Positions 59,559 through 64,000 of a stretch of 64,000 nt of DNA are shown here, piece after piece. A model generated the notes under the pieces. It did no database searches. It was given only the letters and a program-made list of their open reading frames with translations, and was not told where the DNA came from. The translations under genes were made by a program, and so were the position numbers. This DNA comes from Thermoproteota archaeon (lineage in GTDB: Archaea > Korarchaeota > Korarchaeia > Korarchaeales > Korarchaeaceae): assembly GCA_026986575.1 (NCBI GenBank), contig JALSOH010000004.1, positions 576,001 through 640,000 of the forward strand, given 5' to 3'. Position 1 is the stretch's first letter, and every line of letters starts with the position of its first letter.

Positions 59559-59622
59559 GGGCCGATGATGATAATTCCTTAAACCAACTCGGGATGAGGT
59601 CTGACGGGCGGACTGAAGGCCC
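59559..59622 (+). ncRNA. Box C/D guide sRNA, predicted to direct 16S rRNA Cm1402 (E. coli numbering)
   Basis: Terminal stem GGGCC/GGCCC; C box ATGATGA 59565-71; D' CCAA; C' ATGAGGT; D CTGA 59613-16; two 12-nt guides; TGACGGGCGG is complementary to 16S CCGCCCGUCA. Confidence 0.88.
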
Positions 59623-59634
59623 CCAACTATTAAG

Positions 59635-60156
59635 GTGATTCCGGTGGAAGGAACGTCCGAGGAACTGGGTAAACGCGAGGGGATAGCACTGGTCCCTGTA
59701 AGGAGGAGGGATAAGGAGATAAGGGATCTGTGGGAGATAGAGAAGATCTTGAGGAAGGCATTCGTATGCAGGATCGCGCTGTGCGAGGAGGATAAGCCCT
59801 ACTGCGTTCCCATGGTATACTGCTACGAGGGAGGCGTGATATACCTCCACTCCGCCAAGGAGGGAAGAAAGCTGGATGTGTTGAGGAGGAACAACAAGGT
59901 ATGCTTCGAGGTGGAGATGGATGTTGAGGTGGTCACAGAAGGAAAACCCTGCTATTGGACCTTGAGGTACAGGAGTGTCTTGGGGAGGGGGAGGGCGTAC
60001 ATAGTCGAGGACCCGAACGAGAAGAGGAAGGCCCTAGAGTGCATGGTGGATAGGGTCTCGCCCGGCTACAGGTACCACTTCACTGAGGAGGAGTTGGAGA
60101 GCGTCGTCGTAATAAGGATAGAAGTGGAGGAGTTGAGTGGAAAGGTATCCGAGTGA
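59635..60156 (+). CDS. NimA/pyridoxamine 5'-phosphate oxidase-like flavin-binding protein; start uncertain
   Basis: RRRDKEI, PYCVPM, YLHSAKEGRK, VCFEV, YRSV, ELSGK. Confidence 0.87.
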   Translation: MIPVEGTSEELGKREGIALVPVRRRDKEIRDLWEIEKILRKAFVCRIALCEEDKPYCVPMVYCYEGGVIYLHSAKEGRKLDVLRRNNKVCFEVEMDVEVVTEGKPCYWTLRYRSVLGRGRAYIVEDPNEKRKALECMVDRVSPGYRYHFTEEELESVVVIRIEVEELSGKVSE

Positions 60157-60240
60157 TCACATTTTTCGGCTGTATAGCAATCCTTTTTAATGATGGGGAT
60201 ATGCAGCGCGAGGTGATGCGTCTTTGCGGAGAGTAACTTC

Positions 60241-60630
60241 TTGGTAGTTGCGTACTCTCCTGATCCCCTCTCGATCCCTAGTGTGGCCTCCCGCAATGGG
60301 GGAAAGGTTCTCCTCTCACCTCAGGAAGTCTTTCAGTGGCATTCCTTGGAAGGAGCGTTGACGAACCACTGCGTTGTGAAGGTGGAAATCTTAGATGATG
60401 AGGGTTTGGAACACACCTACCTGTTGGCCTTCCCCTCTGAGAAGGGAGCACAGGACTTTCTAACGGATCTATCGACCGTCGCACACCTCAAAGCGGTGGT
60501 AGAGGTACCTTCCCAAGAGATCGATGCTCTAGCGCCGAAGTGGATCATCTTCAAGGTATCGAAGTACGGGGGAAGGGCACACTACAACATGGCGGAAAAA
60601 TGGATGGGAGCTCAGGAGATCTTGATGTAG
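60241..60630 (+). CDS. Hypothetical protein; start uncertain
   Basis: 129-aa ORF; the strong SD at 60210-16 has no in-frame start. Confidence 0.55.
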   Translation: MVVAYSPDPLSIPSVASRNGGKVLLSPQEVFQWHSLEGALTNHCVVKVEILDDEGLEHTYLLAFPSEKGAQDFLTDLSTVAHLKAVVEVPSQEIDALAPKWIIFKVSKYGGRAHYNMAEKWMGAQEILM

Positions 60631-60647
60631 CTCCCTCGTAATCCTCT

Positions 60648-61631
60648 TTATTCCCCGAATATTAGCCTCCTGACTCGGCGGCCTACCTCCTCTATGGGAT
60701 GCTCCTCCACCCTCCTCATCAGCTCGTTGAATCTCTCCCCTCCGTTTCTATAGACCTTCACCCATTCCCTCGCGAACTCGCCGCTGACCACTCTCTCAGC
60801 GTATCTCCTCATCCTGTCCTTGACCCCGTCGTCCAGCACCTTGGGTCCGACGGTCAGTCCACCATACCTAGCGGTCACCGACACCCTCTCCAGCATCCCC
60901 TTCATGCCGTACCTCCATATCAGGTCCATTATCAGCTTAGCCTCGTTTAGCGCCTCGAAGTACGCCACCTCCGGCTGGTAGCCCATGTCCACCAAGGTCT
61001 CCCAGCCCTTCAGTATGAGTTCCATTAACCCGCCGACCAGCACATTCTGCTCACCTATCAGGTCCGTCTCCGTTTCCTCCGCGAAGGTCGTCTCTATGAC
61101 CCCGGCCCTCGTGGCGCCAATCCCCTTGGCTATGGCTAAGGCATATTCTAGGGCCATTCCCGAGCTATCTTGGTGAACAGCCACTAGGGCGGGTACCCCC
61201 TTACCCCTGAGGAACTCTTCCCTCACGGCTGCACCCGGAGCCTTCGGGGCCACCATCACGACATCCACGCTGCTCTTGGGCTTTATCAGTCCGTAGTGCA
61301 CGGTGAAGCCGTGTGCGAAGTCAACTACTGCCCCATCCTTGAGGTTGGGCTCCACCTCGTTCATCCACACGTCGGGCTGCACCATGTCAGGTAGGAGGTA
61401 TAGTATGACGTCCGCCTTGGAGACGGCTTCTCCCACCTCATACACCTCGAAACCCTCTTTTTCAGCCTTCTCCCATGATTTACCTCTCCTGACTCCCACA
61501 ATCACATCCATACCACTGTCTCTAAGGTTCAGGGCTTGCGCCCTCCCCTGTATTCCGTAGCCGACGACCGCCACCTTCTTCCCCACTAGGGGGTCTAGGC
61601 TGACATCCTCGTCCGTGTACATCTTGGCCAT
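60648..61631 (-). CDS. ilvC: Ketol-acid reductoisomerase
   Basis: [40 protein letters not shown]. Confidence 0.97.
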   Translation of the reverse strand: MAKMYTDEDVSLDPLVGKKVAVVGYGIQGRAQALNLRDSGMDVIVGVRRGKSWEKAEKEGFEVYEVGEAVSKADVILYLLPDMVQPDVWMNEVEPNLKDGAVVDFAHGFTVHYGLIKPKSSVDVVMVAPKAPGAAVREEFLRGKGVPALVAVHQDSSGMALEYALAIAKGIGATRAGVIETTFAEETETDLIGEQNVLVGGLMELILKGWETLVDMGYQPEVAYFEALNEAKLIMDLIWRYGMKGMLERVSVTARYGGLTVGPKVLDDGVKDRMRRYAERVVSGEFAREWVKVYRNGGERFNELMRRVEEHPIEEVGRRVRRLIFGE

Positions 61632-61641
61632 TCCAATCACC

Positions 61642-61920
61642 TCACGGCAGCACCACTTCGGTGAGGGGATCCTCGAACTCCACCCTCCTCGGCCTCGGCT
61701 CCACCGACAGCACTTCCGGCAAGGCGGACATCTTCTTCATGACCCACTCCACTTCCTCCGCCCTACCTTCGAGCTCCATACAGGCCACGGCATGCTCATC
61801 CTCGAACTTGGCTTCCATGCCTCTGTAGACCACCTTTCCCCTCCTAGCTATATTCAGGACACGAGTCAACTGATCCAGACCTCCGAACACCTTCACACAC
61901 AACTTGGTCTCGACCCACAT
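61642..61920 (-). CDS. ilvN: Acetolactate synthase small (ACT) subunit
   Basis: [25 protein letters not shown]; lies between ilvB and ilvC. Confidence 0.75.
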   Translation of the reverse strand: MWVETKLCVKVFGGLDQLTRVLNIARRGKVVYRGMEAKFEDEHAVACMELEGRAEEVEWVMKKMSALPEVLSVEPRPRRVEFEDPLTEVVLP

Positions 61921-61925
61921 GCTGA

Positions 61926-63650
61926 TCACCTCCACTCGAGGCTCACATCCATTCCCGGGGGCAGTATCGCCTGGGTGAGCCACTTCCCAGGCTGAACCCA
62001 CGGGAGGACCACATCCCTCTCATTATCCAAAAGAACATCCAGTATGAGGGGCTCGTTATTCCTGACAGCCCATTTCACTTGCTTCTCAAGGTCATCGTAA
62101 CTCTCAGGCCTCTTGTACTCGATATTGTAGGCGTCAGCCACCTTGGCGAAGTCCGGATTCTCCTTGAACTCCGTGGCTATGATCCTCCTATCGTAAAGGT
62201 ACATCTGCCACTGCTTCACCAGCATGAGAGCCCTGTTATCGAAGATCAACTCGATGAAGGGCAGATCGTAGTCTCTGACCAGCGAGAGGTTGTTCAAAGT
62301 CATCTGGAATGAGCCGTCGCCGTCAATGCAGACCACCTGCCTGTCCCTAGCAGCGAGCTTCGCCCCCAGCGCGGCGGGGATGCCGAAGCCCATGGTCCCC
62401 AGTCCAGCCGATGTTACGAACGTGCCGGGCACGAGGACATCCCAGTGGATCTCCGCCCACATCTGATGTCCTCCGACTCCTGTGACCGTTATGGTATCAT
62501 TGGGAACGGATCTCCTGATGGTCTTCAGGACCCTCCACGGAACTAGCCCGTTGAACTCTTTCTCCCACTCATTTATCGACCTCTCGAATTCCCTCCTTAT
62601 GTGATGGAGCCATGAAACGTACTCCTCTCTCCCCTTAGACTCCACGGATTTAATGACGTCGAGGAGCATCCTAAGTGCGATTCTAGCATCTCCCCTTATA
62701 GCTACGGCTGAGGGGAGGTTCTTTCCAAGCTCACTAGCGTCCAAATCTATGTGTATGATTTTCTTTTCCCTCATCTCGTCGAACCTACCCACGGTCCTGT
62801 CCGAGAACCTAGTTCCCACGGCAAGCACTACGTCTGCGTTGGCGAGAGCAGCGTCAGCCTCAGCTCTACCATGCATCCCAGCTGGACCCATCACTAGAGG
62901 ATGATTGAACGGCACCGAGTTCTTCCCTGGGAGCGTTGTGACCACAGGGGCGAGCATGTACTCAGCCAACCTCAGCACCTCCTCCCAGGCATTAGCCCAG
63001 TATACACCGCCACCGACGAGTATCACGGGCCTCTCAGCCTTCTTGAGTAGCTCAGCTGCCTTCCTAACATCGCCCGAGCTTGGTTCGACTGGTGAGTATT
63101 TGCTGAAATCCACAGGCATGAGCTCCCCGTTCCACTCAACCTTCTTAGTCACTTGGATGTCCCTCGGGAGGTCCACGAGAGTCGGACCAGGTCTTCCCAT
63201 ACTAGCGACCTTGTAGGCAGTTGCGATAGCAGGTAAGACCTCATCAGGCTTCTTAACTTGGTACACGAACTTAGTTATGGGGGCCACGACGCCAAACATG
63301 TCCGTTTCTTGGAACGCGTCTCTACCGAACACTTCAGTAGCTACCTGCCCGGTGAGGGCCATCACAGGGGAGGAATCCATGTAGGCGTTCGCTATCCCGG
63401 TCACCAGATTCGTGGCCCCGGGTCCGGATGTGGCCACCATGACTCCGGGCTTCCTAGAAATTCTCCCGTATGCGTCGGCTGCGTGGGCCGCCCCCTGCTC
63501 GTGCTTGAACATGACGACCTCAATCTCGTCCTTGTACGGGTAAAGGGCATCATAGAGAGGCATTATGGAGCCGCCAATCACACCCATGAGGGTGCTCACA
63601 CCTAATTCCGGTAAAAGAGACGCAATCGCGTCAACGACGCGATCACTCAC
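61926..63650 (-). CDS. ilvB: Acetolactate synthase large subunit
   Basis: KHEQGAAHAADAY, TSGPGATN, DAFQE, GMHG, GTMGFG, DGDGSF. Confidence 0.96.
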   Translation of the reverse strand: MSDRVVDAIASLLPELGVSTLMGVIGGSIMPLYDALYPYKDEIEVVMFKHEQGAAHAADAYGRISRKPGVMVATSGPGATNLVTGIANAYMDSSPVMALTGQVATEVFGRDAFQETDMFGVVAPITKFVYQVKKPDEVLPAIATAYKVASMGRPGPTLVDLPRDIQVTKKVEWNGELMPVDFSKYSPVEPSSGDVRKAAELLKKAERPVILVGGGVYWANAWEEVLRLAEYMLAPVVTTLPGKNSVPFNHPLVMGPAGMHGRAEADAALANADVVLAVGTRFSDRTVGRFDEMREKKIIHIDLDASELGKNLPSAVAIRGDARIALRMLLDVIKSVESKGREEYVSWLHHIRREFERSINEWEKEFNGLVPWRVLKTIRRSVPNDTITVTGVGGHQMWAEIHWDVLVPGTFVTSAGLGTMGFGIPAALGAKLAARDRQVVCIDGDGSFQMTLNNLSLVRDYDLPFIELIFDNRALMLVKQWQMYLYDRRIIATEFKENPDFAKVADAYNIEYKRPESYDDLEKQVKWAVRNNEPLILDVLLDNERDVVLPWVQPGKWLTQAILPPGMDVSLEWR

Positions 63651-63688
63651 TGGAGACCTGCTAGTTGGATCAACAATCCCACCCTATA

Positions 63689-63709
63689 GAGGTTTGGGCT
63701 CCAAACCTC
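63689..63709. promoter_or_regulatory. Perfect palindrome over the predicted ilv transcription start
   Basis: GAGGTTTGG-GCT-CCAAACCTC just downstream (minus strand) of a TTTATAT box at about 63717-63723. Confidence 0.55.
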
Positions 63710-64000
63710 GTGTAAATATAAAGATTACTACTCAGCACCGCATGAGCTGCTGCATCTTCGAGATACAAGGTATATCCTCCAGCTTTGTATAATGAAATCA
63801 CATTTACGAATGATGAGAGTAAGAGCCTGATTCTCACGACTATGAGGATTTAAGGACGAAACCGTCCACCTCTCATTTAGCAGGTATCCTCATTTCCCCA
63901 CGCGATGGTATCTTCAAGCAGGCTGTCACCCTGAATTTCGAGAAGTTACGTTTCAAAATAGCGATCATGCTTTTGGAAGTCGATACCATTGAGGATTTAA

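Noticed and set aside
63810-63870. Hammerhead-like (TGATGAG...GGACGAAAC) or box C/D-like (ATGATGA...CTGA) motif
   Set aside because: No CUGANGA core with a pairing stem II; no terminal D box or recognisable rRNA target
1-64000. tRNA, rRNA, CRISPR array, transposase or integrase
   Set aside because: No cloverleaf or T-loop signature, regularly spaced repeats or recombinase motifs recognised by eye; tRNAscan-SE and CRISPR finders were not run

Overview
Gene-dense 64-kb window from a thermophilic archaeon, most likely TACK and Korarchaeota-like. This is inferred from an arcadin-1 homolog, type II DHQ synthase, SUI1, AGG/ATA codon use, GGTGA-type SD sites and BRE/TATA promoters; the taxonomy is not proven. 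The centre (about 6.4-30 kb) is an H2/formate respiration island. It holds a ModE/FdsR-like regulator, a NikMNQO ECF transporter, hypDF, a Tat-exported group 1g-like [NiFe] hydrogenase with Isp1/Isp2-like partners, maturation genes including an ATPase-type HypB, and a Cys-type Fdh-N-like formate dehydrogenase with FdhE and FdhD. The rest holds housekeeping genes (tldD/pmbA, guaA, K+-independent hppA, sufBC, ctaB, M42 peptidase, ilvBNC), several surface proteins and uncharacterised genes. Features absent from the ORF track include a box C/D sRNA predicted to guide Cm1402 of 16S rRNA, a frameshifted vapBC pair, a 51-aa leaderless small ORF, several palindromic operator candidates and a structured non-coding stretch at the right edge. 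The best candidates for undescribed systems are a CPA2 antiporter operon with two paralogous unknown proteins, a low-GC secreted-protein/membrane-partner islet, and several apparent pseudo-enzymes around the metalloenzyme cluster. No tRNA, rRNA, CRISPR array or transposase was recognised. All product calls come from motif recognition by eye, not database searches.
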